Positions 47,746-58,545 of a stretch of DNA of 64,000 bases are shown one piece after another. The stretch covers positions 352,001 through 416,000 of the forward strand of contig CAXWPJ010000010.1 of the NCBI GenBank assembly GCA_963664115.2. The letters run 5' to 3'. The DNA is from Terriglobia bacterium (GTDB lineage: Bacteria; Acidobacteriota; Terriglobia; 20CM-2-55-15). The notes under the pieces are model-generated. The model was given only the letters and a program-made list of their open reading frames with translations. It had not been told where the DNA came from and searched no databases. The first letter of the stretch is position 1, and each line of letters begins with the position of its first letter. The translations under genes and the position numbers were made by a program.

Positions 47746-48013
47746 TCGAGTGGCTGTCGATCGCGGACGCATAGGGCGACCCCTCAGGCGGACTGACTGA
47801 CATCGTCCTGAACTGATTTCAATTCTTGAATTACTGGCCGAAGGGGCGCCGGTGACGTAAATAGGCCGGCGCCGTAATTCAAGGAGAAAGCGATGCGTTG
47901 GCGTGGACAGTGCCATCGAATCGATTCCAGAAGAGTCAGCCGCGGACGGACTGAACGTGACGCGACACCGCACGTTTGAATTACCGCGACCAATAGCTTC
48001 GTCCTAGATGTGA

Positions 48014-49160
48014 TCAGCTAAGAGTCGTTGTTGGCATAAGGAGGAGTTTCTTATTCTCTGCTGCTTTTCGCCAATCTTTGCTGTCGTGTGCAAGTTTGGC
48101 TTCCTCAAGTATCGGATAACCCCGCTCACGTTCCCATTGATCAAAGTCCAGCGGGCGGGTCAGCATCATCCGCACTGCGAAGGCAAGCGCCTGCGCTTTG
48201 GTTCCCTTGGCCAATTTGGGATGGATCAGCGACGGATCGTTCAAATAGCGTCGCGTGATGCTCTCAAACGACTCCGGCTTCTGGCCCGTGATGGCTTCGA
48301 CGTGATCGGTAGGTGCGCCGATCTCATAAGCGCCGTTCCGAATTTCCTCGGTGTAATAACGCAACTGAGCGACCTCGAAATCAGGGAAACCGAGGGCCTT
48401 TGCCGCCTTGGCGAATGACTTGAACGCTCGAAATCAGGGAAACCGAGGGCCATGCCGCCTTGGCGAATGACTTGAACGGCGTGTCCTGATACTTCACTTT
48501 CCTTCCCACGACATTGCTCAGGATGCTCGCGATATCACTCGACGAAAGCAGCTCGGGACCTGTCGGCCGATAGCTTTTGCCAATGTGGGGGCGCGGGTCG
48601 CTCAGCACGCCAACGGCGACGCGGGCGATGTCCTCATTGGAAGGAGGCGCGTTTCTGCCGTCTCCGAAGGGAGCGGAAAGGATCCCCAGGTGCATGATGG
48701 CCGGCCGGCCGAGCAGGTAGATGAACGCGAATATGCCGGGATTGACATGCACAACGTCCACGGAAGGCATCCAGCGGTACAGCTGATTGGCCATCCAGTG
48801 TTCGCGGCTCACGATCGATGGATGCGTCGGATGTGGGTTCCAGCCGCTCATCAGTGCGACGACTTCGAGTTTCGCTTCTTCGGCGGCCAGCGCGAACAAT
48901 GCGGCACCGTTCAGAAGAGTGGGTGCGAAAGGCGGGCAATGGTAAGCCCTCTGGACGCCGGTGAGGGACTTTCTGAGGTCGCGAAGGTCGAATAGATCGC
49001 CTACGAAAATTTCGGCTCCTGCGCTTTCCAGGGCTTTGCTGCGAGCATCACGCCGGCGAACAAACGCACGAACGGGAAATCCCTTTTCCCGCAATCGCAA
49101 CACGGCGGCAGCTCCGGTACGTCCAGCCGCCGAGGTCACCAGAATCTTGGGTTGAGTCAT
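48014..49160 (-). pseudogene. NmrA-family NAD(P)-binding protein broken by a 52-bp tandem duplication
   Basis: ILVTSAAGRTGAA Rossmann start; 48374-48426 is repeated at 48427-48478, and removing the second copy fuses the two ORFs. Confidence 0.82.
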
Positions 49161-49212
49161 AACACTCTCCTTTTTGATGTGAGATCGTTGGTTTCTTTTT
49201 TCAAGTGAGGCC

Positions 49213-50553
49213 TTAAGAGGGGAAGCATTTTCCGAATGCCAGGAGGAACTTCGGGGAGCCCCGGAACCTGATCTTCCGCGTCAGCAGGGCCCATGCAAGA
49301 TTGCGTTCTTTGGCAAGAAAGCCCAGCCAGGTGTCCCCATCGGTGATAAGACGCAGGTCAGCCTGTCCCCTGTGCCCTTCTTCTATTCGCAGAGTCTTGT
49401 TTCGAATGACGACGGTCGCCTTCCTTTCCTCTTCCCCGGTGAACCTGAAGTGATACGTGGCGTCGAGTCCTTTAGACCGTTCTCTTTGAAACACCAGCGG
49501 CAGACCCGTGAGGAATTGATCGATTGACCGTGGATGGAGGCTGCCCCCGACGCGCTTGATTTCCTTGTGGGGGAAGCGACGCGCTGCATGCGCTTCAGCA
49601 TCCGACCCGGCAACGACATAGAGCTCTTCTTCCTTGTCCTGAAGCGGTTTGACTACGTCGCTGAGGAAGCCTTTTCGGTCGTTGAGGAAGGGCGTGATCA
49701 CGTCGTCACCCGCTGGGCACACCGCCATGCAGTAGGCCGCCTTGTAGTTGGCCCCGAAAGACAGGCTCTGCCACATCGAGGCCGACGCGGCGTCGCTCAC
49801 CTTCGTCCGGTAATCGCGGGCGTCCTTGCTGTCGGCTACCTGCTCGACCCAGTCCGTGAATCCGCCCATGAATTCCCGATAGTTATGCGTGTAGCACGCT
49901 GAGAAATTGAAGTGTCCGTCAGGCGAAATCGCGCCGACCGGGCAGGCCGCGACACACAGTTTGCATTCCAGGCAGGGGTTGTAATCGATGGGTTGGCTCG
50001 ATTCGGTGACCTCGGCGTCGGTGAGAACGGTTCCGAGGAGGACGAAGTTGCCAAACTTGGGATGGATCAGGTTTCGGTGAATCCCGATCTTGCCAAGGCC
50101 GGCTGCCGCGGCGACGGGTTTGTGTGAGACGACCCAGACTTTGCCGGGGAAACGATCCATCTCCATTGGGAATCCCATCGAAGGATTGATCGCCCGGATC
50201 CCTTCGTTCTCCAGTTCCCGGACGATCCTGCGCGAAATCTCGTTGACCGTGTCTCCCGCATGGTGGAATTCCAGATTGGCCACGGAACGGGCCGTGCTCC
50301 GGATCGGCTCCCGACTCATTCGGCAGACGAAACTGATCAGTGTTCGGGTGTGAGGGAAGTAACTGAGAATATCGTCCCGTTGGTCGTCGATTTCCCGACG
50401 AGCGATTGCGACAAAACCAACGTCGTCCGCACCAAACTGCAGACACAAATCCCGGAGCCGATCTGCATCGAGTTGCTTTGGGCCCGCGGGTTTTGGTTCA
50501 GTGGCTTCCGTTGTCTGATGACGCTTCACTGTGGGGTGCTCGGCGAGTCTCAT
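49213..50553 (-). CDS. QueG/reductive-dehalogenase-like 4Fe-4S protein fused to an SCP2 sterol-binding domain
   Basis: GADDVGFV, SHKPVAAAAGLGKIG..HPKFG, CLECKLCVAACP, CMAVCP; C-terminal ATYHFRFTG...ALLTRKIRFRGS (SCP2). Confidence 0.8.
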   Translation of the reverse strand: MRLAEHPTVKRHQTTEATEPKPAGPKQLDADRLRDLCLQFGADDVGFVAIARREIDDQRDDILSYFPHTRTLISFVCRMSREPIRSTARSVANLEFHHAGDTVNEISRRIVRELENEGIRAINPSMGFPMEMDRFPGKVWVVSHKPVAAAAGLGKIGIHRNLIHPKFGNFVLLGTVLTDAEVTESSQPIDYNPCLECKLCVAACPVGAISPDGHFNFSACYTHNYREFMGGFTDWVEQVADSKDARDYRTKVSDAASASMWQSLSFGANYKAAYCMAVCPAGDDVITPFLNDRKGFLSDVVKPLQDKEEELYVVAGSDAEAHAARRFPHKEIKRVGGSLHPRSIDQFLTGLPLVFQRERSKGLDATYHFRFTGEEERKATVVIRNKTLRIEEGHRGQADLRLITDGDTWLGFLAKERNLAWALLTRKIRFRGSPKFLLAFGKCFPS

Positions 50554-50571
50554 AGGAATGTCCTCACTGTA

Positions 50572-50582
50572 TGTATATACAA
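50572..50582. promoter_or_regulatory. Putative MarR operator palindrome
   Basis: TGTATATACA(A) upstream of the Fe-S/SCP2 gene; matches TTGTATATGCAA upstream of marR. Confidence 0.55.
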
Positions 50583-50616
50583 GTAGGTGGATCAAAAAAA
50601 ATTCGCATTGACGTCT

Positions 50617-51066
50617 TCATGCGGCCCTCCGAACATTTTCGATGGCCTCTAGAAGGCTTGTCACACCCGCTGGGCCGAGAAGTTCTTTCGCCTTTATCTG
50701 GGCTTCTTCCCAAGCCGGGCTGGCCTTTTCGAGGAGCTTAGAGCCCTTCCGGCTGAGGCGAATCTGTCGGGCGCGCGCGTCCTCCTCGTCTGCGACCACC
50801 TTGAGCCAGCCGGCGGCCTTCATCCGGTCGACGTTCCGGCTTACCGTCGACATGTCCATCTTTAGCCGGGAGCAGATCTCCGCCGGGCGAACCACGCCGA
50901 GCCGGGCTGTCACGACCAGAATGTTCATTTGGCTTGTCTTGAGCCCCAACGGTCGTAGCGCTTCATCATAGATCTTCGTGATGACGCGGCTCAGAATCCG
51001 AACACGAACGGCAATACACTCTCGGGCGATGATATCTGGAGTGGTTTTGGTCTTCTGTGAACTCAT
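50617..51066 (-). CDS. MarR family transcriptional regulator
   Basis: ECIAVRVRILSRVITKIYDEALRPLGL...STVSRNV...DARARQIRLSRKG. Confidence 0.9.
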   Translation of the reverse strand: MSSQKTKTTPDIIARECIAVRVRILSRVITKIYDEALRPLGLKTSQMNILVVTARLGVVRPAEICSRLKMDMSTVSRNVDRMKAAGWLKVVADEEDARARQIRLSRKGSKLLEKASPAWEEAQIKAKELLGPAGVTSLLEAIENVRRAA

Positions 51067-51077
51067 TGTTCCATTAT

Positions 51078-51089
51078 TTGTATATGCAA
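51078..51089. promoter_or_regulatory. Putative MarR operator palindrome (autoregulation)
   Basis: TTGTATATGCAA 11 bp upstream of the marR ATG. Confidence 0.55.
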
Positions 51090-51147
51090 CTATTGTGCCT
51101 GTCAACAAAAAAGTTTGATGATCTTAAAACTTATGTTCCTTCTGGAG

Positions 51148-51508
51148 GAAGGAAACCGAAACCGTCATCAACGCGCTGATCGAACACGCAGACAAACTCC
51201 CGACCGAACTCTATAAAACACTGACCTGGGATCGCGGATTGGAAATGGCCAATCACAAACGGTTCACTCTGGCCACCGACATTGCCGTTTACTTTTGCGA
51301 TCCGAGGAGTCCCTGGCAACGGGGTTCGAACGAAAACACGAACGGTTTGCTCCGACAGTATTTCCCTAAAGGTACGGACTTGTCGGTTCACTCACAGGAG
51401 CATTTGGATATGATCGCAAGGAAGCTCAACGGGCGACCTCGTGAGACGCTGGACTTCGCTAATCCGGCAGAGACATTAAACGCAGGTGTTGCATCGACCG
51501 GTTGATCT
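51148..51508 (+). mobile_element. IS30 family transposase 3' remnant
   Basis: LTWDRGLEMANH, YFCDPRSPWQRGSNENTNGLLRQYFPKGTDL, LNGRPRETL, VASTG*; 5' part missing. Confidence 0.85.
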
Positions 51509-51609
51509 GAATTCGTTTCTCAGGACTTGAGAATTTGATAGCGCCTAACTCACTCCTCTAGTATCGTTTACTCAACTTTTCACAGTTCGTTTCGACGCAC
51601 ACTAAAACG

Positions 51610-51759
51610 ATGGAATCAGGCACCAAACTTGGCCACTCCGAGATCTCAACTCTCTATAGGTAAGGGTGGAATGGGTGAAGTCTGGCGTGCACGGGATACG
51701 AAACTGGGCCGTGAAGTTGCTATAAAGACTTTGCCTGAAGAGTTTGCGAAGGATGATCC
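51610..51759 (+). pseudogene. Ser/Thr protein kinase N-terminal remnant
   Basis: [12 protein letters not shown], then after a frameshift [33 protein letters not shown]. Confidence 0.8.
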
Positions 51760-51798
51760 TGTCGCCCCACCGGCTTCTCGGACACCCAAATAACGAAC

Positions 51799-53724
51799 AT
51801 GAACTTCCAATATCATCCCTTTTCTCTCTCACTGCTCCGAAGCCTAGGCCCAATCGAAATCGTACATGTAGATCGGGTGTTAGAGGAGCAACTCGGCCTG
51901 ACGAGCGACGAGATTGCAGCTCAGCCTCTCATAGACTGGATTCATCCTGAAGACAGGGCCGTTATCAAGGAAGCCCTGGATTCCGGCGCTGGCTACGCGT
52001 GGGCCCGGCATCGGACGAAACATCACGATTGGGTACCTTTTGATTGGCAGGTAGAGACCGCGGATGGTGGGGTTTTTGTGCTCGGGCGACTGGCATCGGA
52101 AAGCCCGATGAGCCCCGCGTCTTTCGCCCCTAGCAAGTCGAATACGCAGGCTGAGGCGCTGGAGGCCATGGCGCTCGTCGTGGAGGCAAAGAACCCGGAA
52201 ATGCGATGCTCGATCCTGCTCGTCGATTCTGCGACCCGTCGCGTCACAGTCGGCGCCGGTCCGAGTCTTCCGGCCGAGTACAATGAGGCGGTTGAGGGAT
52301 TGCAAATCGGACCCGCCGTCGGTTCCTGCGGGACCGCAGCGTTTTGGAATGTGCCTGTCATTGTCGATAACATTGCAGAGGACCCGCTGTGGCGTAACCT
52401 GCGTGGGACGGCCTCCATCGCCGGTGTCTGCGCGTGCTGGTCGCACCCGATCACGGCGACGGACGGTACTGTCCTCGGTGCCCTGGCGCTGTATGCCGAT
52501 GAACCAAAATTTCCTGACGAGAGCCAGATGGATGGACTTGAGATCGCGGCTCGCATGGTTGGCATCGCGCTCGAACGTGACCGCCTGCAGGAGCAGCTGA
52601 GGCGATCCTCGAAGTTGGAAGCAATTGGCCGACTGGCCGGAGGGATCGCGCACGACTTTAACAACTATCTGACGGCAATCGTGGGCAATCTTGACTTGGC
52701 GATGCTGGGGCTTGCGCCCGACGACGAGCGAAGACCCCTGATCCTGGCGGCCCAGAATGCGTCGCTCAGGGCGCGTGACGTCACGCAACAATTGCTCACC
52801 TTTGCCTCGGGTGGTGCTCCCGTGACCTCGGCTCAATCACCCATCGAGCTGGCCAGGGAGACCGTCGATTTCTCGTTGGCGGGCTCCAACGTGCGCTATG
52901 AGATGCGTTTCGGGTCCGAAATCAAGAATGTCGAAGTCGATAGAGGACAGGCGAGCCAGGTGATCCAGAACGTGGTCCTCAACGCCGTTCAGGCGATGCC
53001 GGAGGGTGGCGACATTGTCGTTAGCGCGGAAAACGTCCCCGCCGAATCGTTGCCTCACTCGGAGTCATCCGGTTCGGGCGAGTTTGTCCGATTGTCGATC
53101 GCTGACCAAGGTCTGGGCATACCGGAGCACCATCTGACTCGCATCTTTGATCCGTTCTTCTCGACGAAAGACCAGGGACGGGGGCTGGGTCTGGCGACGA
53201 CCTATTCGATCATGAAGCGGCACGGGGGCCAACTGACCGTGGATTCCACGATGGGCAAGGGAACGACCGTCCAACTGTATTTCCCGGTGGCGCAGCGAGA
53301 AGCCCAGCCCCTAGACCCGGACGTTGAGCCTCTTCTCTGCCCCGTCGGCAGGGTGCTGGTGATGGACGACGAGGAGTCTGTTCGGGACCTGCTCAAGAGG
53401 ATGCTCGTGATGCATGGCGGCGAGGTCACGCTCGCTTCAGACGGGAGCGAGGCGATCCGAATGTTTGAGCAGGCCCGGGGAGAGGAGAAGCCCTTTGATC
53501 TGGTGATCCTCGACCTGACGATTCCCGGTGGCATGGGAGGCGTGGTCGCCCTGAGCCACCTCCGAAAACTCGATCCTGAGGTCCGCGCCGTCGCCACGAG
53601 CGGCTACGCGGATAGCCCGATTCTGTCGGAACACGCGGCGCACGGATTCGCCTGCAGCTTGAAGAAGCCCTACTTGCTGGAGGATCTGAAAACACTGCTA
53701 TCCTCCGTGTCGGGGGATGTTTAG
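51799..53724 (+). CDS. Hybrid sensor histidine kinase (PAS-GAF-HisKA-HATPase-REC)
   Basis: WIHPEDR, GSCGTAAF (GAF), LAGGIAHDFNNYL, DPFFSTK..GRGLGL, VLVMDDE, DLTIPGGMGG. Confidence 0.92.
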   Translation: MNFQYHPFSLSLLRSLGPIEIVHVDRVLEEQLGLTSDEIAAQPLIDWIHPEDRAVIKEALDSGAGYAWARHRTKHHDWVPFDWQVETADGGVFVLGRLASESPMSPASFAPSKSNTQAEALEAMALVVEAKNPEMRCSILLVDSATRRVTVGAGPSLPAEYNEAVEGLQIGPAVGSCGTAAFWNVPVIVDNIAEDPLWRNLRGTASIAGVCACWSHPITATDGTVLGALALYADEPKFPDESQMDGLEIAARMVGIALERDRLQEQLRRSSKLEAIGRLAGGIAHDFNNYLTAIVGNLDLAMLGLAPDDERRPLILAAQNASLRARDVTQQLLTFASGGAPVTSAQSPIELARETVDFSLAGSNVRYEMRFGSEIKNVEVDRGQASQVIQNVVLNAVQAMPEGGDIVVSAENVPAESLPHSESSGSGEFVRLSIADQGLGIPEHHLTRIFDPFFSTKDQGRGLGLATTYSIMKRHGGQLTVDSTMGKGTTVQLYFPVAQREAQPLDPDVEPLLCPVGRVLVMDDEESVRDLLKRMLVMHGGEVTLASDGSEAIRMFEQARGEEKPFDLVILDLTIPGGMGGVVALSHLRKLDPEVRAVATSGYADSPILSEHAAHGFACSLKKPYLLEDLKTLLSSVSGDV

Positions 53725-53749
53725 GGCCCCTGGGCGCCACCCTCACCGG

Positions 53750-54050
53750 GGTTCTGTCAACTGATCTTCCGATGGCCGAACCGATGGCGCATGGTTACCA
53801 GTTGATCAACCTGTCGTGATCACTTCCCAAGTCCCAAAAGAAAGTGCCCGCAGCATCCGATGATGAGCCGATTTCAGCCGGTGCCGAGCAATTCGGAAAA
53901 GATTCAGAACGAGACCGTGAACAAAGAGGAATCGTTAAGTCTGAGCGGGGGACTTGAACCTTCTCATCTGCCGCTCCCGCTGCCGGGTTGGTTGGTGCGA
54001 GACTTCCGCTCGATTGTTCGCGTATTGATCGGTGTCATGGTTCACCGAAG
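53750..54050. mobile_element. Possible IS6-family remnant
   Basis: GGTTCTGTCAACT end (also seen at 29218) resembles IS6 TIRs; the downstream EESLSLSGGLEPSHL...LVRDFRSIV reading resembles IS6-associated sequence from memory only. Confidence 0.35.
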
Positions 54051-54278
54051 GCATGATCGTGCACGACTTATCGGGATTTGAGATTGGACCAGTAAACACT
54101 GGCTCGTCAGGGGCGATCCATAGGTCTCTCGGAGTATTCCGGCGGGCGAGGCGAGCTCGGAGATTCGGCCGGTGGAGACTGGTCGGCGCGATCGTCAGGT
54201 CACGAGCGCCGCAAGGCGTGCGACGAAGATGAGGACGATCAGGAATGTGAAGAAGTAGAGAAGGAGAACGCCGAGGTC

Positions 54279-54398
54279 GACGGTCGCTTTCTCATGATCT
54301 CCGCAGCGAACCAACCTGAATTCGGTCTCAATCGTCCTCAAATCAACATCGTCCTCAACTGGTTTGAAGAACTGAAGGAACGGTTGCCGGTGCCGTAA
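54279..54398 (+). pseudogene. Ser/Thr kinase (TolB/PD40-propeller type) C-terminal remnant 1
   Basis: DGRFLMI...PQINIVLNWFEELKERLPVP*. Confidence 0.7.
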
Positions 54399-54433
54399 AA
54401 CAGGCCGTTTGTTCCTGTCTATCGCTGAAATCC

Positions 54434-54475
54434 ATTCTCAAGTCCTGAGAAATCATCTTCTCGGACGTTGAGAAT
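54434..54475. repeat. Bulged-hairpin repeat (other copies at 58628-58666, 63441-63477, half copy reversed at 51516-51534)
   Basis: TTCTCAA-GTCC-T-GAGAA-ATCATC-TTCTC-GGAC-G-TTGAGAA. Confidence 0.8.
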
Positions 54476-54543
54476 TGAAACCACCACTTTCCGCTAAGGC
54501 GACCAACCTTCGATTGGGGCATATGGACGGTTTGCCGACTATA

Positions 54544-55390
54544 TTGTGCCACGAGCATAGAAGGCCGAATGGCCTTCGAGTGCGCAACTGCTCAACTGAT
54601 GAGGGAGGGCCCCTCGGAATCGGCTTGCAGGAGTTGGTTTCAAACCACCTTTGGCGGCTGTGGTCAAAAGCCATGGTCGTGAGCGCGTAAGGAAAAGGCC
54701 CGGCAGTGATCGGGTCAGGTGTCAGGCAAGAAGAGGACCGCAAGGGAACCACTGCTGAAGTGTCGAAAGCTTAGAGACGATGGCCAAAACCGCGGAGTTA
54801 TAGTTGCTGCGGGATGAGATCCGACGATACCTGTTTACGGGCGGAGTGGCCTCCGGCATGAGAGGTGGCCTGAGCTTGCCAAGAGGCGGTTGAGCGGAAC
54901 GTGGGAACCTGAACTTCGATGCTAACGGAGAAGCCACAAGTGGAAGCACCACGAGGGCGAGAGTACGGATGCGGGGTTCAGGGGCGGACTGCCTTGTAGT
55001 AGTGATGAACCTCTTGTAATGAGAGGGGAGCGAAGGGGGCAGGCCATTCGCGTCATGGTCCATGAACTCAGGAGGAACCGACTGTTGTGGCGGGGAGCAA
55101 CAGTAAGCCGTGTGAGAGAGGGGACGTCCGCGTTGCGCCTTGAAAGGGAAGTCTAGTCAGCCTGCCGTGGCAAATTCGCGTCATGGTCACTGCCGTAGAC
55201 AGGGAGGGAGTTGATAGCCCCGAAATCGATCGTGGTTGAAGTAGCCGACCTTGTCAACTGGTAACAGGAGGAACCGACTGTTGTGGCGGGGAGCAACAGC
55301 TCTCAGTGAATGGCAAGAGCCGTGTGAGTTGAGAGGCTCACGCACGGTTCTGTGAGAGGCTCGGGGTGAAATTCCCCGGGCCTACTCGGC
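54544..55390 (+). ncRNA. ORF-less group II intron, RmInt1-like (bacterial class D)
   Basis: TTGTG 5' end; DI-DIII landmarks (GGAACGTGGGAACC, GAGAGTACGGATGC, GTAGTAGTGATGAA, GTAATG...GGAGCGAAGGGG); DV GAGCCGTGTGAGTTGAGAGGCTCACGCACGGTTC; DVI ending CCTACTCGGC; no RT ORF. Confidence 0.8.
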
Positions 55391-55623
55391 CGTCAAGTAG
55401 AAGGTCGACTGATGTGCCAGAGGGCGGCTTGTGCGGCGTTGACGATCAATTCCCTAAACACTAGGCGACAAGGGTGGATCTATCTCACGAATCTCACTCA
55501 GCTCCCTTTATCAGAGATGGCGGAACCGGCGACCCGAATCGAGGAGGACCTGACTCCAGGGCTCTTTGACAGACGGAATAAACGACGGCGTCGGAGAATG
55601 GCCGTGCTGGCAATGCCAGCAGA
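55360..55623 (+). repeat. 264-bp direct repeat, copy 1 (intron DVI + 3' exon); copy 2 at 56243-56506
   Basis: CTCGGGGTGAAATTCCCC...GCAATGCCAGCAGA appears identical in both copies by eye. Confidence 0.9.
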
Positions 55624-56241
55624 GGGCTGACGTCAGGTGGCGGATCAGCGGAATAAGCAGGGTCTGGTGTTATGGAACCGACAAAGACAAAGCTCGTTGA
55701 ATTCGGTCGCTTTGCTCAGCGGGATGCGGGCAAGCACGGGAGAAAACGTCCAGAAACGATCTACTTTCTGGGCATGACCCTGTACTGCTCGCAGAATCGC
55801 AAAGGCAATTTCCGGGTGGGATTGCGCACTGAGAAGTCTCGACTTCAACGCAGTCTGGCCCATCTACGCGATCTGATGAGACGAATGCGTCACTTGCCGG
55901 TCCGGGAGCAGGTTCAGAATCTGAATCGGGTCTTGCGTGGTCACTACGCCTACTACGGCATCGCCGGAAACTTCCGGGCCCTCCAGCACGTTGCTCGGGT
56001 CGTGGAGCGTTACTGGCGCAAGATGCTGAGCAGCCGGAGTCGCGCTGGTTACGTCCGGTGGGAGGTATTCAACCGGATTAAGACGCGCTTTCCGTTGCAG
56101 CGGCCCAAGCTGGCGCTTCCGTATCGGGAGTTCCAGTCTCTTGCTGTGTTGTGAATCCGTTTCTGAAGAGCGTAGTGCGGGAAATCCGCACGCTACGTTC
56201 TGTGGGAGCCGGAGGCGGGTGACCGCCTCTGGCGACCCGGT
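55624..56241 (+). mobile_element. 3' fragment of a second group II intron (RT/maturase C-terminus 55672-56154 plus DV/DVI)
   Basis: KTKLVEFGRFA, ETIYFLG, LNRVLRGHYAYYGIAGN (domain X); DV GAGCGTAGTGCGGGAAATCCGCACGCTACGTTC. Confidence 0.85.
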
Positions 56242-56957
56242 CCTCGGGGTGAAATTCCCCGGGCCTACTCGGCCGTCAAGTAGAAGGTCGACTGATGTGC
56301 CAGAGGGCGGCTTGTGCGGCGTTGACGATCAATTCCCTAAACACTAGGCGACAAGGGTGGATCTATCTCACGAATCTCACTCAGCTCCCTTTATCAGAGA
56401 TGGCGGAACCGGCGACCCGAATCGAGGAGGACCTGACTCCAGGGCTCTTTGACAGACGGAATAAACGACGGCGTCGGAGAATGGCCGTGCTGGCAATGCC
56501 AGCAGACGACTATGGCAGCGCTGTCAATGTCGTCGTATGAGTGTTATGTCAACCCGCGCGCGGCCACAGGCCGTCGCGCGACGGAGGCGTACTTTACAGA
56601 ACGTCGAGGAGCCCGACCAAGCGCAACGCAACACTGGCGGATGGATCCGGCGCTGGAGCGGACAACTCGTGAGAACTGCGGGTTAGGGACGAAACCTGCT
56701 GGTGCCGAAACCGTTAACCAAAGAATTAGAGGTGGGAGAGCACAATCAGAAGGCCGCCAGCCCGCTTGACCTGACCCTGGCATCAACTCGTCGCGACGAC
56801 GTTAGCTTGCCCGTGCCCCGCAGTTCCACGCCCGGCATCGCTTCATTGAGTGGTAACGCGGGTGGTAACACCCATCAAGCGCTGGCGCCCGGATGAAACA
56901 GGATCGAAGCGGGGCACAAGCGCAGCGCTGAACACAGTTCGTTGCAGAGATTGAACG

Positions 56958-57764
56958 TCACACCGAGATTACGATCAGGTAGATCAGCAACCCGACCGGA
57001 TAGACAAGGCCGACGTTCGCCATGTTGGACGCGGTGAGATTGTCGAGCACCTCCTGCGTGTCAGCCAGCGATCCCAGCTTCCCCGCAGCTCGTGCGCTAG
57101 CGTAGACTGAAAAAAAGGTGATGGCCTCCGGCAGGCTGGAGGTGAAGCCCAGGATCAAACCGGCGATCGCGGGGCTTATGCCGATGCGGTTGACCACGTT
57201 CTCCGTCGCCCCGCCCAGGAAGAAGCCGGCGATGGCGAGGGTGACCAGGGCGGTCGCGGTCAGGATCAGGCCGATTCTGAGGCTGCCGGCGGCCGGCTCG
57301 CCGCCGCCCTCGAGCTCCGCGCGGTTTACCCGAACGTCAACGAAGCGGTACAGACCGAAGAACAGGAGCAGGACCGGAATCACCGTCCAGCTTTCGTCGA
57401 TGCCGTACAGCATGAGTACGATCGGGGCCACGATGGCGAGGACGGCGAACAGAATCTCGTCCAGGAACCGCCTGTTGAAGAGGTCGGGTAACTGGAGGTT
57501 CCACCCGGCTGCGAAACCCATGAGGATGAAATTGATTATGTTACTGGACGCGATGTTCCAGAGACCGGCTTCCCACACGCCCGCCAGACCCGCGGCGACC
57601 AGGCACACGAACTCCGGAGCGGAGGTCGCGAAGCCCGTCCACTGGCCGCGCGCCTTGGCCGTCCACTTCAGCGAAGCGGCCACATGCTCGATGCCCGTCA
57701 CGAGCCCGAATTTCGCGATCAAGATGATCGCCCCGGCCGAGAGGACCATGATCAGAATGGACAT
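56958..57764 (-). CDS. Sodium:calcium antiporter-family membrane protein
   Basis: Two alpha-repeats GFATSAPE...NIASSNIIN and GFTSSLPE...ASNMAN; multiple TM segments. Confidence 0.72.
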   Translation of the reverse strand: MSILIMVLSAGAIILIAKFGLVTGIEHVAASLKWTAKARGQWTGFATSAPEFVCLVAAGLAGVWEAGLWNIASSNIINFILMGFAAGWNLQLPDLFNRRFLDEILFAVLAIVAPIVLMLYGIDESWTVIPVLLLFFGLYRFVDVRVNRAELEGGGEPAAGSLRIGLILTATALVTLAIAGFFLGGATENVVNRIGISPAIAGLILGFTSSLPEAITFFSVYASARAAGKLGSLADTQEVLDNLTASNMANVGLVYPVGLLIYLIVISV

Positions 57765-57879
57765 CCATGCTTCCTCTCGCCGCTTCCGGCGGCAATGAAA
57801 CGACAACACTCACCTGGGCGATCGACCCGGAACGGACCCGCCATTGCCGGGGCTGGGATTGTTCGATGTCGGGTTACGC

Positions 57880-58464
57880 CATAGTACTACGTGCTCCCCA
57901 ACTGGACGTTACGGCTTCTGCCCATGCGCTTCAACCGCAGACGGCGATGCCCTGAAGGTCAGCAAAGCGCTGCTCTGCAAATTTCCCGGTGAGATCGCGG
58001 AGGGAAACGGCAAGCGCCAAATCGTAATTGACGAACGGGCCGACGACGCGCAACGCACGTCGCTCGAGACGATTATCTCAGGCGAAGCGTGCGAACCCTT
58101 CAGCAATCATTTCTCTGTCTTCGGTTCATTATGCACGGAGTTTTTCGACACGCTCGTTCTGCCGATCGAACTCGAAGTGGACCTCGAGCGCAGAACGGCT
58201 AAGGTCGATATTCCAGGTGTCCTGAAGAGTGCTGGCAGGCCGATCATCAACAAGTTCAATGGCGAACCGTTCCACATTGCGATTGCACGTCCGACTGGCA
58301 GCTTCGAATTTACCTATGGGGAAATCGGACGCGGAACGACCGCAGTGACGGGTGACATGGAGATGTCGTTCGAAGATTCATGGGCGCTGTATTGTGTTCA
58401 CCACTACGATCAGAATGGTTTGATTCACTCAAGATCGAAGCTCACAGACTGGTTTGGAGCCTGA
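57880..58464 (+). pseudogene. DUF1326 family protein, N-terminally truncated
   Basis: FPGEIAEGNGKRQIVIDERADDAQR..LETIISG, PTGSFEF; the Cys-rich N-terminus is degenerate and there is no good start. Confidence 0.6.
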
Positions 58465-58545
58465 ATTCGCGTTCCCCTGAATGACGGCAATGGGTCAAAG
58501 CGGAAGGTGTTGTCCGCCGACCAGACTTAAGCCGCTGTACCTGGT

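Noticed and set aside
55672-56154. RT fragment as a retron, DGR or CRISPR-associated RT
   Set aside because: It is a group II intron domain X directly followed by DV/DVI. The nearby 264-bp repeats appear identical, with no adenine-specific differences as in a TR/VR pair.
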